Below, in pieces: positions 24,871 to 38,316 of a stretch of 64,000 bases of DNA. The position numbers and the translations under genes are program-made. The notes beneath the pieces were generated by a model, which was not told the DNA's origin, ran no database searches, and saw only the letters and a list, made by a program, of their open reading frames with translations. Origin of the DNA: Iphione sp. A-MEVVRFRX5. Taxonomy: Eukaryota. Within the stretch, counting starts at the first letter, position 1. Every line of letters starts with the position of its first letter. The stretch covers positions 81,530,001 through 81,594,000 of the forward strand of contig OZ320315.1 in the NCBI GenBank assembly GCA_976226885.1, written 5' to 3'.

Positions 24871-27800
24871 AGACGTCATTTACAATATAAACCTCTGGGG
24901 TAATACTTCAGAGGTGGCCACCTCATAAGTGGTGCACAATCCATACCTACCAAATCATCCATTTCTTTTGTGGAGGAGATCTACAACCTTGTAATATTTC
25001 TTTTTCGAGGGAGGAAATTTTATTTTACAGTGGACACCAATTTAAAGACCAGACCACAGAAGACATCAAACCAGAGGAGATACCAATATTTCTGAGAAGA
25101 AATTGTTCCTTTCACAAAATGTGAAGTAATTTGTATATCTATGAGGGAGTCCGAATTTGGCCAATCCCAAGCTATGTTTTCTAGGTGGATCTTAATTGTA
25201 CTGGGAACCACAACAAATCTTCACACATATATTTCAAACATAATCTCTGTGTTGGAAATATAATTATGGCTAGTTGTAAGGGACTCTATATTCAATCAAA
25301 CACTCTTTCCTGAGAACCAGTAGTTATTTATGCTGGTGAAATATATTTTGACCATTCAGTGGGAACAGATGAGTCACAGACCTTCATTAAGGCTAATTTT
25401 TACTGAAAATCAAAAAAGTAACAATTTGGTAAGGACACACAGAATAATGTTAAGTTGGGTAAACATGTTTGCAACTGGTCAGTCGGTCCTGGTTGTGATA
25501 TTGCCGGGTAGAAAGCACTATAAACCGTCTACTGGTCCTATCTTGGCTACATGATAGCCTTATCGCCATGGCGATACACGTTAGAAAAGGTTATGTCGCA
25601 ACAATATCTCTCATATGACTTTGAACCAGCCCGAATATCAAACACTCAATGTTATATTTATGCTAAATTATTGTTCTGGTCATTAGGAGCAGGGATTCCC
25701 TAACAGTGATGTAGACAAAAAGTAGGAATAAATTGTTACTGACAACCACTAAAATCCATTACAACTGTGTGAAAATGTGTGAAATATCTAATCCCCCCAA
25801 TATCTTTTTCATCATATACGAACTTCCTAAACAGATAATGAATCACTTTGTCCAACTGTAATGTAGTCCAATAATGAAAATAAGTGTACACGGAAAGCTT
25901 GCATTAATAGCATCTTTCGGGAGTGGTTTAACACGTGTCCTATGCATGTGGAAGAGTAATTGAAATGCCATATATTTATAAATGTAAAGTATGGTATAGT
26001 GTACTTAGAGCATGGTAATTCGAATAACAGCGACTGCATCTGGTGTTTGGAACTCCTTTGATGTAAAGATAATCAAATCTCAGATTCCTATCAAATATTC
26101 ATACAAGCTTTCGCACAATTCACTGTTTGACGTGATTGTGCTGTAGTACGGTACACATCCATACTCCTTTTTCTCCCTAAAAGCAAGATGACACCAGTGG
26201 AGACTAAACGAGACTAAACGCTTCATTTAGCATAAATCTCATATTGCGTTTTTTGCTTGTCCTTTTTTATTCAAAGTCAGGTAGTCAGGTTCTGCACGGA
26301 AACGATAAGAGTTTTTTCTACCTTGATCTTTCCACACTAGCTGGAAAATTGCCAGAATAATACAACAATTAGAATGTCGTTTTTATCGACATTATACGAA
26401 TGCCGTTGCATGCTGAATGTTGATACGTTTGTGATTTACCTCCGACATCTGCAAGATCATATTAGCTTGAAATAAGTGCAAATATATCGCCATTATAACA
26501 AAAACACCCCGTGTCTTGAACTTAATTTCCTTCCGCTATGTCCTCGTTCGTTACAATTAGTCTTTTGTGAAGCCCATGATATTTTCGGAGAACGACAAGC
26601 AAATTGGTCTCATCTGTACTGCGCTCGATAATTTGAAGCCGTCGGTGGCTGTAGTGATGAACCTATCACTATATAGAGGTGAGATGCCTGGAGGCCCATT
26701 CGCTAGTGGACTTGGGCCCAGTGGACGAGAAAACTGTGGCTCGTGAGAACCTAGCACCTTTCACTAATTTGTGTGTCACATTTGGCGCCTCTTCGTCAGC
26801 TGACACCTGTGCGCACGAGAACTTCCCCAGTTCTCCAGTGTAAGGCTTCAGAAACTATTGATCAAAGTCCAAATCATCTCCTGGTCTAGCTGGAAAGACG
26901 CACTGGGTAGGGAGGAGGAGGGAATAGCCCCCTCTTTCTCCAGGTTACCAGGTGTGGCAACAGGAGGCGCTTTGAGGGGCATCCTGATGACCTGGCGCAT
27001 GCAATGCGTGGATAAATCTAGTGGCAGTATGTTCCTCTGTATGAAGGCATCAACTAGACCAGGTTGTTCACGACATGACACACATAGATCATGCGGCTCA
27101 CAAACTAAAAGTGAATATAGCATGCCGATCACGATCCACTTTGGAGTGCACATCGCGGGCTGCAGCCTAAAAGTATAGTGTGTCGTAAAGTCCGAAATGA
27201 ATAAGTAAAAGTCCACAAGGCGGGTGGAGTGTGATGCTTCCTCCCGTGGTAGAACACATTAAACAATCGTTTTCTTTGCAGATAAATGCACGTTGTAGAT
27301 GTCTTTCTTCATCATAAGGCATTCTCCCCCCCCCCCCACACACAATCACACTGTCTCCACCCAACCCCCCCCCACACACCCAATATCCAGATGTGGCTCT
27401 ATATAAAGCCTTTTTGTGAGTCAATGGAGGCAGCCTTTTTTTTTATACAGATAGGCGTGGTTCGGTAGTAGACCATGGCGTGCCGTAGCTGCTCGACCGA
27501 CATGCAACTTCTATATTTATATTTACACTTCAATACAAGTATTTCGTACGTGCTTCCTGGTGATACAGACTTGGGTTGCTTATCTACATGCCATGGTCGC
27601 TAGTGCGTAGTTCTCTTTGTTTCGGCCATTACAGTATACTATAATTGCAACGTCAAAACTAATACAATTTGTCAGAGAAAAAGGTGACTTGAAAAGGCTG
27701 TACTTGTGGGGCGTTTACTTTGCTCTTTCTGCTCCCGCCTATGTAAACTATGGTAAAACAACCTTCACACAAGAAAAATACACATTTCCGCCCTACTTTG

Positions 27801-28125
27801 TCACCGCCCGAGTACCCTTCCCAATTGACGCCTGAAACGGCCGATTTAATCGATATTTCATACCACAAGAACCTCACGGGGATATCTGAGCCAACTAATC
27901 TAATGTGTGTCTAGTCATCATGGCGGACGACTGTAACTAAACCAGTGACCAGCAGAGCTCTTGGAAGAGTGTGGGCCCTTTCTGTTTAGTCTGTGTCCCT
28001 ACCTGGCGCCAAGGCCTGGAGCACCCGGTGCGCCATCGACCAACCTCGTCTGCTGGTGTCGAGCTTGCCTAGGCGTCCGCTCGACAAATTGCTGTCGTTT
28101 GGTGGGCTTTCAGCAGCGGTCTCAC

Positions 28126-28466
28126 GTGAAGACGCCCGCCAGGGTTAAAGAGGCACAGAGGAGGGGCCAGCCAGCCGGCGGGTTCGGCCGACGCCGGTAG
28201 CGGCGGTGGCGGTGGCGGCAGCGGCGGCGGTGGAGAGGAGCGCAGATAGGCATAAGGAGGAGGGAGGCCGCCTGAACAGCCTGGCAACACGGGGGCCACT
28301 GATTGATCATGTGCCGCGCTCTGTCGTGAGACCGGGCGGTGCTCAGCGTCTCCTTGTCTCTCCCGTTTAATGGCAGCTCCAAGTGGACACGTCTCTGTAG
28401 TACATACAGCCGGGGCAGCTGGACTCTTGGCAATGAAAGGCCTGGTTGTACGCGTCCCGGTGTCCA
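28126..28466 (-). CDS. Candidate proline-rich exon (...GGLPPPYAYLRSSPPPPLPPPPPPLPASAEP...)
   Basis: It is part of ORF 28069-28479, with a pyrimidine-rich acceptor ...ggtgtttcctgtag| at 28467/28466 and donor CAC|GTGAGA at 28126/28125. Its phases (1 in, 0 out) do not fit the main exon chain, so it may be UTR or non-coding. Confidence 0.3.
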
Positions 28467-31400
28467 CTACAGGAAACACCGAGGGTATTGGAGAAGGACA
28501 GACGGATGGCCAGACGTGATCACAGACCCATCGCCTGCTCCATCCAATATCCTCACTCGCTTGCCTAAAGCTCAGTCTCCCGTGCTAGAGGCATTTGCGT
28601 CTGTGTATCAGCGAGCATGAGAACAGAAATCTGTGTATACCCAGAGATTCATCAAAGGTAGACGCCTAAAGGCCTACCTTCAGGGAACACTCCCCAAGTG
28701 ACAAACTCAGCGGAGACCTGGGCAAGCATGAAATCAGAAAGCCTGCCCGAGGGGAACATTTTACCATTGATGGGCAATGTACACATCAGCTCAAAACGAG
28801 GGGGCGAGGAGTAGTATTGGAGGGGGGGGGGGTCTAGAGAGGGGGAGGAATCTTGATGCTCTGCAGAAAACATGCCTACCGTTCGCGGCAGCGCGCTGAG
28901 AGCATCGAATGAGTCAATTGTACTCGGTGGGACGTGATGACAGAACCTGTCGGCGGTGGACATTCATTTGGACGCGAGATCCTCCGGCGCCATCCTAGCG
29001 ATGCAGCGGGGGCCTCTAGTCTAATCACTAATACCCATCCCAAAGGGACTGAATCAAAGTCCCGTGCAGATAGGCATTTGTACATGGTGTCAGTCGTAAA
29101 TGCTCTCATCACTGGCAAGGACGAATTTACGAGAGGAAAATATCACCTGTCGGCCGTGATGCGGGCGGCTCAGCCGTTATGGAGCTGCAAAAATTAGTGG
29201 CAGCGATTTCCAACGCATCTGGACTATTTCTGTAGATGGGTTAAAAACATGGGCGGAAAGAGGACGAGAGAAAAGAAATGATGAATGATGACATGGATAC
29301 ACTTGCATTACATGCAGAGATGTGTACTGATCAGAGTCATTCCACCTTTTCGAAAACTAGTGAAAGACACCATCAACAATCACTTCTTATTATAAGTTAA
29401 TGAAAGGGAAAAAAGTATGAGTCACCTGCATAAAGGATCAGAGTTGTGATGTTGAAATTACGACGTTTGGTTTCACAATCCATTTTGCCAGCCTCTCTAG
29501 CTTTGGGGCTAGAAAGAATTTTGACATGGAGACTGGTACTTTACTAAACATGTAGGCTAGGTTCGTTACATATCTGATTATGGAGCACATCCACTTCAGC
29601 CATGGTGTAATACATCCCTCTAAAAGGCCAATATAATGTGTATGCATGTATATTTGTGATACAGAATACGAGTTGTCATTCACTCGTGTTTATGAATAAC
29701 GTTAAATTTCATACGTATGGTCGATATCTCAACTATCAAATATAACGTTGCTGTCCACCCCTGTTTGCTTTGAATCGTTCCTTGCGTTGTCCTCGAAGAG
29801 CTTTTGTTGTCGCACGGAGATTACAACAAAATTCTTGAAGTCCCCAAATATTTACGCTGCATGGTTCATTGAATTCTTCAATGGTATACGTTGATAGAAA
29901 CGGCTTCATTTGCTTAGGAAGAAATTCTCATTGGAAAGTGCTTATTGGCTTCGGGATCGACTCTTGATAACGCATGCCTAATTCCACATGCCTTTTCATT
30001 GAAACCGAGCATTGTGATTACAAATCAACTTCATTTGCTTTAATTGGCTGTTGGATTATTTCAAAGAGAGACGCAGCATTTACTCGGCTGAGAGGACGCG
30101 AGCTAAATTGCCCAGAGTCATCAACATGCTTTTGATGCCTACAAACCTTTCACACGGGGTCTTTCTACTCAGGACAGTACGCCATCGATCTGCCTACAGT
30201 GCCGGCAACAAATTCAAATAATAGGCAAGTAAAGGGCTCCCTCATGTGCCCGTACACATGGAGAAAGCTTATGCTGAGTGGCCAATCTCTCAAACCGGTG
30301 ATAGATTAGGTCTGAGTTTTTTTTCTCTGTTCTTTAGTGGCGGCACAGGCCGGAGCTATGAAACGGAATAGGCACGGCCACACACGTTTGTGACATTCAC
30401 ACTATAACCGGGGCTCTCTTTGTGTCTGCTGCTCTCTTACTTCCCGGCCAAATGTTGAAGTTGTTTTCTTCTGTTGTTCTTAACTGAAACGGGTCAAGCT
30501 TCGAATCATAACATCAATATTGCTTGCAGCAGGCGACACAACAACGCTACTATTCACACGCTTCAGTCAATGGGAGAAACACCACACTGTTAGGCAGATA
30601 GACTTCAACATGGACACTTACTTGTCTGCGAACCATTTACTTGCACTTCCTCGTCTTTGATGCAGTCTGCAAGAGGAGAAAAGAACAGAAAGGAATATGA
30701 TGGAAAATTCAATCAGCACACAGATGAAAAGAGAATGGAATCATTAAAGACCGACGTAAATAATCTATTGCTGATTTAAAACTCCGTACCGATTACACTA
30801 GTGGTGTGTTTTAGTCGGCCTGGCAAAAGTGACTTGTGAGTATATGGCACGCTCAGGTAGAAAACGTTTAGTTTTATCAAATTATTCACATGTACCACAC
30901 AAAATGGTAATTGCCTCAAGTCGGACAAAAATATCAATCGGCTCTATTTGAACATGGTGATCCTAAAGGCATCATGATAATTGGATCCACCTTTAATTAA
31001 CACGGCAATATTTTAACCACCGTGACATTAACACACGTCACGCTATACCCATGAATATCTGCCGATACACAAACCTAAGAAAATGAAAATTAGGGTGTGC
31101 GAACAATTATTTCCATGCCAGGCTTGCAACACTGCTGCATCTAAGCGTTCATTTGAACGACAGGAGTTATTGTTTGCTACGGCATACTCCCCAAGTATTA
31201 TCTTAAGTATTTGCGAGGAGATTTTTAGGACTTCAGCTAAATATAAGCTTACGAAACCACCCCGACGAAACGCAAGCAACGGAATGCGAATGCTTAATAG
31301 AATCAGAGGAGCGTGAAATTCGAATCGCCTTATCGGATCGGATCGTTCCAGATATCACGCGAGTACTGGTCGTCTGTGGTTTTCTGTCGTTATGTACCAC

Positions 31401-32939
31401 GGATGGGAACCCTTCCTATGCTTCCACTTAATAGGAGCCGGCGCAGAAACAATCCTAGGGCAGACGTCCAATGGTTCAGGGCCAAATGCGCCCGGCGATT
31501 AAAAGCACTCCATTATACAGGCTAAATGAGATGGAATTGCCCTCGGGAACAGTGAAGAATGGGACGCGGGGATCAGATGCAATGCAGGTTTCCACCAATC
31601 CCAGCATAATATGGGACCGTAATTAGAGGTTATCCCGGCAGCTCTGGAAAAGACACTGGTTCTCAGGTGGCATATCAGGAGAGCTACCACCGCTCGAGTA
31701 GTTCGTCTTCGCGTCGAGCCGTTGCAGCAGGAACGCATCATGTTCTCCAGCGCCTCCCCGTCTTGGAGAGCAGGCAGGAAGGCTGCTATCTAATAAAGCC
31801 TGGATACTTAGGAAACGGGACGCCATTAGCTACCAATATTGCCCTCCAAGGGAATAAACCGACACAATGCGACCCCGTGCACCCCAGTCTGAAAAGGACA
31901 CGCAAGACTGCGCAAGCAATGTCCAGAGGCGGTGACATACGCACAGACCTTCACTTCCTGGAAAGTATCTGTTTGGAGGTGGCATCAGGAGTGGAAATGC
32001 AGTATCGATCGTTCCTTGCGTTGTGTTGACGTTCAATATTTGAGCATTCAATATTCTCCGGTAAACGCATCGATTGTATGAATAACCACCCCCCCTGCCC
32101 CCGATACAGTGTCATCTCCCAAAAGCTCCTCCGCAGGCATAAGATATGATGTCAAGCCTGTTCATGTGTTGACGTCTCCTCATCTAAAGACACTAGCCGA
32201 CCGTCTTGCAGCAACCGTGACCTTTACATCTGCTTAAAATGATTCGACCTCTTTAGGGGTCTAGAATGCCAAGATCGGTTTATAGAATGCGTTATAAGTA
32301 CAAAAACAGTGATAAACTACTTCTATTCTCATTTCTGAGCAAATCCCTGGTGAAGAAATGAGAACGCGAAATTCTTGCGCTACTTTTGCCAGGCAAAGTA
32401 GGGAGAATATAAGGACCATCATAATAATCAAGATGTCAAGAAGGGGAAAAACCCAGACAAATATGAGTCAAGATGACTGCGTGACACGTGTGGTTATTCT
32501 GTCTTTACCGGTCGTGGGTCATACTTAAGATAGGTCTGCCATCTATGGCTGCCCTCTAGAGAAGGTTAAGGGTGAGGGAGGAGGAGTGGTAAGCATACCT
32601 GTCACTGTCCTAAGTAGCCTTAGCTTGAGCTTGACCAATGAGGCCAGTACGGTGCGGTGACGGCTAGGAAGACAGGGGAGCAAATCTCGGGGGACGGTAA
32701 AGGTAATAGTTCATCCATATGCACGCACCCCGTTCCCTATCCTTCCCTGTTCTATCTCAGTCCACAGTAGTCTACAACAGGATGTAACTTTTCGCATTTA
32801 TTGCTGATATTATCCGTGCTGTCCTAAAAATCATCTGGACGTAGCTGATTCTCCCAATTTCCGCTTGAGTCTTGCGTTGAAGAAAACGTGCCAAAGAAAC
32901 AATAAGTAGATTAAAACGGTTTATAATGAAGGGATCTGT

Positions 32940-33210
32940 TAATCCTCAATGACTGTTGACAGAATCTCATTAAACACAGCATGAAGCATATCTAAGAACC
33001 TTTGATGTTTTGAATGATGTCATAGATAAAGAAAGCAGGCGACATAGAAGCCTATTCGAAATAAGAGTAGGGGGCAACCCCAGGTATTCTGGTCTCTCAA
33101 TTCTCAACAAAAGATGGTAGTATGCTACCCCAGGAGGATATGGAAGAGCCCTGCCATGTGATTGGGAATATCTAGTTCCTGGTGAAAGATACAATGAAAT
33201 GAAATGAAAA
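32940..33210 (+). mobile_element. Probable 3' end of a retroposed element with (ATGAA)n tail
   Basis: The sequence ...tagttcctggtgaaagatacaATGAAATGAAATGAAA ends near 33210. Short tandem tails are typical of LINE/SINE 3' ends. No coding support. Confidence 0.3.
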
Positions 33211-34989
33211 AGTATGTAATGAACACTGCATGTTTAAATCAAGTTATGAATGTGTTAACTATTATCCAGTTTCTTGCTTTGATTAGAGGACATTGCTACC
33301 CTGAGACCAACACTGACGAGTGCTATGCTATGGTACTGCAGACTACTACTGACAAAAAAAACGCGCCCAATAATATATCCATGGCAATTAATAAAGACTT
33401 CTAAGACAACGTTGCTTAATCGAATAAGACGCCGCCAAGATACCATCGATTGCGGCAATAGTGATAGTAATGACAGAGGCGTGCCTTTTAAAGACAACGC
33501 TGTTAGTGGCCTTTGCCTATGGAAATAAGAGTTTTTCTTTCGGCTCCGATTGCAAACCAGCTCTGAGGGAGTGCCTGATTAAAGATAGCGTCGTTGGAAT
33601 TCTGCTTTGCTGTATTAGTCATGGGCCTTAATTACGCCTCGTTAGAGTGGCCCTAATGACAAAGACGAGGAGGATCTATACCCCATGTCAGATATTCAGC
33701 CACGTCCGTTGCCTGTAAATGTGTGAGGTGAGAGGCATAACAGCTCCCTCAAGCGCACTACCGATCCCCGGCAGAAGAGAGGCAGGAGCGTCAATCGACT
33801 CACAATTGACCACTAACACCACCCGCCAACGTCTACTCCATGTTCTCTATTCGCTGTGTGTGCCGTGTATACAGCGATCTTCAGCACCCCTGCCGTCTGC
33901 AAGAATCTATACAATGCACCTTTTTTCAGAGCAAAATATAATTGTTGTCCCAAGTAGGTATTGCCAGTGTGCTCAATGAGTAACCATAATGATTTTAAAA
34001 AGTGCTCTGACTCCAGTTCTTCGAGCTGGCAGATGCATTATTTAAAAACCCAGTTAGCACACTGTCGGTGTTTCGTTGACACTTCACCAAATAATGAGGT
34101 ACTATTCCTATGAGAGAAGCTATCAGAAAGACATCTTCTAATATAAGATTCCAATTACTATCATTCTAACTGAATAAAAACATCTGATGGAAAGCAATGC
34201 CCCCTATGCAGACCTTTTTCGTTTCAGCAGGCCGATATGGAGGTAAGCGCGCATATTCTAAATTGGCTAGCCACGTAGATGTTTCTAGCCTTATAACAGA
34301 CCGACATACCAGGACATTACACAACAATTCCTCTTCAGAATGAAACATTGACTGCTTCCTTACGGACTAAGAAGTACCGGGTATAACTTTTGTGTTTGTT
34401 AACGAAATAAAAAAACACTTAGATTTAACTGGAAATGCGCGACGTACCTCATGGTGAAAGGGAATAAACATATTTTAGAATGGTTAAAAAATCGTTAAAG
34501 AATAATGTCTGCGATACTACTAGGATGCACGCTAAAGAACATATATACATTCAGATGTGTTAGTGGCTTCTGACTAAAGAGTTCTGATAGGATGTTACCG
34601 TTTATGTCATATAGGCCTAACATCTTTTTCTCTGATTTCATAAATCATTGGCCATAATTTCATTCATCCTATATATCTTTCAATTATTGACTAGATGAAC
34701 TAGTGAAAATATTATGGCTCATATGCTAGGCAGACATGCAAAATTATGCTTACCTAGTTCGTCTATGACATGAATCCACGGGAGCATTGTCAACATCGGG
34801 TAGATAAGTGTCGCAGTGGCATTTAAAGTTAGTTTTTTTAGCATACACTTGCCTGTCATAGCATCGACTTTTAAAGTGAGGGGCTGTCTCTCTTAATGGA
34901 ACATTGAAATGTGATACAGTAGAATTCATAGCATGGTCGAGTAGTTTCCGGGAAACCGGCTATCCTCTTTGACGAAACATCAACTGGAT

Positions 34990-35300
34990 GATCATTGTAC
35001 TAATAAAGTAATTACTTGGTGTTGAAATCAATCAAGATCTACATTGTCGTGTTCTCGGGGAAAATTATAGTGAGTATACATTTTTGATGTATCAATCTAT
35101 TCGTAGAAGCTTTCGATGAGAGATCTCGTATTACGCGACTGTGATCAATACTCGGAGTTTCTGTTTCTAAAAATGGCCTTATACTAGTGGCCATGATGCT
35201 CGGTAGTTTATGCATTATCCACCCACTCGTTTCATTTGGGTGACGCCTTCTTGTTTTCGTTGCTTTCAACACAGATCTAAGACCATGTCTGGTTGACATA
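34990..35300 (+). mobile_element. Possible decayed LINE RT C-terminal fragment
   Basis: LLGVEINQDL at about 35012-35041 resembles the KLLGV.ID..L.W motif; little else supports it. Confidence 0.25.
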
Positions 35301-37028
35301 GTTATAGAGAATTTGTACCAGAGAAACAACCATGCACGTATTTTGGTTACGGTCATAGCGCGGGCCAATATAGATGCCAAAGCGTCCCGGTCTCATGGAA
35401 CGGGGGCTTCAGTGTCTAGTTTTTGCTCTAATATACCTCTCCATTACATGCATGCGCGTCCATGTACGTGTATGTTTTGATGGTGTTACTTTGTATTACT
35501 CTGATGATTTATCGGTACTGAAAGCAGTGTTTTAACGATAGCTGCATGCAGCATGCATGAAGTCCAGTCAAACGTTTCATTTTAAACTATGTAAATGAAA
35601 AACCTTCAGGTATCGCTTAAATAGGTTGTTTGAAATATAGATCTTAAAATATGTCATCATCTGTGACTGTTTCCCTAATGACCTGGCGGGATGCACCTTG
35701 GTAACGAACAGCTTCTTCCCTCCTAAGCCATACTTTGTACTAAGGGGAAATTAAGAAGTGAGAGACAAAATATACGATGATGGCCCGCTACCAAAGGAGA
35801 ATCCGGCTCCTAGCTTAAAGCTATAACGAAGCCAACTCGATCCAGGGATCATGATTCACTCACAGTCTTTTGGTAAGCGCAGTCAGATTTGGTTACGTGA
35901 AGTTAAGGTTAGGTATATAACGGAATTCGCCACAAATCATGGCCGATGAAGTAGACATTGTTAATTATCTCCTATGGGAGTCAGGTACGGTGATTTAATT
36001 ACAACGGAAGATGAGCTTGTCATGTCCATGGCCAATTAGGGGCAAAAACCACTGATCTATCGCTTGTCTTCTGGCCAGCACGGTTCCTGGAGCAGAGCCC
36101 CCTATCAGAGAAATATCCATGTCACACTATCGTTGGTTTGGCAGCGAGCTCCATGCATATCTTTTTCCAATCCCTTTGCGTGACCAAGGTGCATTGTAGG
36201 ATACAGACGCTTCTGGTTGCAAGTGACCTGTCGAGCGCATCAGGTTGTCCTATATTCCGGCTATGGACAGCACATTGCTCTTGGGGGCACAGTGCTATAT
36301 CCCATACTAAGGGAGCACCGTATGAGCGGGATAACGACCGGCCAAACTAAAAGCCTCCCCGAGACCAGCTGGCGGTATGCCCATGGCGCCGACCGCGGTC
36401 GCTGCCGCCGCTGCTGCCTGAAAATGCCTCGGGCGTCCTCTCGCCGAACGGGCCCCGTATGCTTCCGGTCGTCCATCACGTGTGCGTTCATACGACGCGC
36501 GATGGAGGCGCTCAAGATGTGCTCATTGTAGTGACTACAACGAAGCATCCCCTCTGTTTCCTCCCCCACCCTGATAGATCGGTAGGTGTGGACGTGACCG
36601 ACATCGCGGTTAGGCCACCTGTGAAGCTCACTCAGGTCTTTATACACGCGGGAGCTTTCGGTAAGCTTGAAAAGTTGATGGCTCACCGCGGCCGGTAGAT
36701 TATCATGGCGGATCGTAGACATCTGTGCCTCGTGTTATCGATCTGATTGTTCTTTCAAGATGCACTCGCGAACGAACCGGTGAATAGGTAGATTAGGCGC
36801 AGCGCATTTAGTTATTTGACGAAAAAATGTCTGTGAGTATTTCTGTGTAAACCTATTTTAGGAAGTTCATTCATGAGTAAATACAGCAATATATACATGT
36901 AAACGTTGTGCATAGCATGTGAATTATCAAATCGATAGACCAAGGCTGTTACATCATTTTTAGAAAAAGAGATAAAAATGGGCAATGCGCTAATACCTGA
37001 AGCAAAGCATTGATTTTATACTACTTAC

Positions 37029-38316
37029 CCGAGGTCTGTAGGCCGCAGGAGCTTTTTCGGTTCCTCCTGCTGTTGTGTGCTGGATTCGGGACACCTGTAC
37101 GACTTCTCGGTGTTGTGTAGGGAACAGTACAGTCTACACTCAGTGCCATGTGCCGAAGTCAGGTTCCCATGGTCGGGCATATGCTCCAGAGAGGTCCATG
37201 GGTCCTGCTGGTGCAGCGCTGGGGTAGAGACACTGACCCCTTCAAACGGAGGAACCTCCAGGCAGAGCCCCTCCTGCATGCTAATAGAGGACCGCTTCAT
37301 GGTTGGAGTGTGAGACTGCAGGACACATTTACCGCCACTGGACGCCAGAGTGTCAGGCTTCCAAGGTCCTGGTCCAGGGCCGGGGCCTCGGCTGCTATCC
37401 AGACCGGACAAGGGCCAAAATCCCGACTGGATGGACGGGCCGATCTCCGTCTGCACGCCGACGTCCCGCTGCCAGGGGAAGCGCGCCTGGCCGCTAGGGC
37501 CCGTTATGTCAAAGAGTGAGTAGCTGGAGTCCTCCTCGGAGACCAGCTCGGAGAGAAGGCTCTGAGTCTCCTCTGATGTGGCCATCTTATCCTTCCGGTA
37601 GGAGACCTCAGGTCGCCGCCCCAGGTTGGGGCACGAGATGCCGTCGCTTTTGCGCGTCACGGTGGCTCCGGTGGGGAACGCTCCTCCGAATGCAGACTCG
37701 GCGGCGGTGGCCAGTGGTTTGTAGCCCAGTGGCTTTTGGGAATCGTAGTCGTGCGGCAGCGAGAAGGTTTTAGAGAGTGGCGGCTTGTCGGGATTCTGCG
37801 AGAAGCAGAATTGCATGGCAGACTGTTGCCTTATGTAAGGGGGAACGGCTGGGAAGGCAACTTGAGGGTACGCCACAGCAGGGCCACACTGGCTCTGCTG
37901 TGCACGCTGCGGTTGCGCTTGCTGCAACTGCCGCGCCTGCTGCTGCTGCTGCTGTTGGGTGTGCGATGCTGGCGGCTTCTGCTGCTGCTGCTGCTGCTGC
38001 TGCAGGTCGTAGAGGATTGCTGACGAAGAGCCGGTTGTATTATTGCGGCCGGATAGTCCCGGGTGCTCAGCGGTGGTGGGATCGCCGCTCTCCTGAGCCA
38101 CCTCAATCGCGCTGATACTGCCTCCTGTGGGTGTTGCACCTGGAGGAGCGCTGGAAGAGGAAGAGGGCTGCGTTCCACTGGAAGAGGAAGAGGGGGTGGC
38201 AACGGCAGACTTGAGGCCAACCTGGGAGGTCAGAGGTAGCTGATGACCAGGGCCCGCTGCTAGACGGCGCCTCTGTCCATCGCCCGGACCGGACATGTCT
38301 TCAGCTGACACACGAC
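37029..38316 (-). CDS. Large coding exon (1288 nt) of a minus-strand gene; Ser/Pro/Gln-rich disordered N-terminal region with two polyQ tracts; best guess SK/KCNN-type K+ channel N-terminus (unconfirmed)
   Basis: It lies inside the 478-aa ORF 37025-38461 and is GC-rich against an AT-rich background. The acceptor ctctttccttgtttgtgattgcag|GT is at 38317/38316 (phase 1), an in-frame ATG (MSGPGDG) is at 38296, and the consensus donor CGG|GTAAGT is at 37029/37028 (phase 2). Confidence 0.88.
37937..38002 (-). repeat. Two coding CAG/CAA tracts: Q8 (pure (CAG)8, 37979-38002) and Q7 (37937-37957)
   Basis: The (ctg)n runs are read directly on the + strand and are in frame with the large exon. Confidence 0.95.

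Noticed and set aside
29774-32024. Identical 17-mer atcgttccttgcgttgt at 29774 and 32008
   Set aside because: The flanks do not align, and one such match in 64 kb is not very unlikely.
37077-38220. Several overlapping ORFs on the plus strand and in other minus frames
   Set aside because: These are shadows of the GC-rich coding exon.
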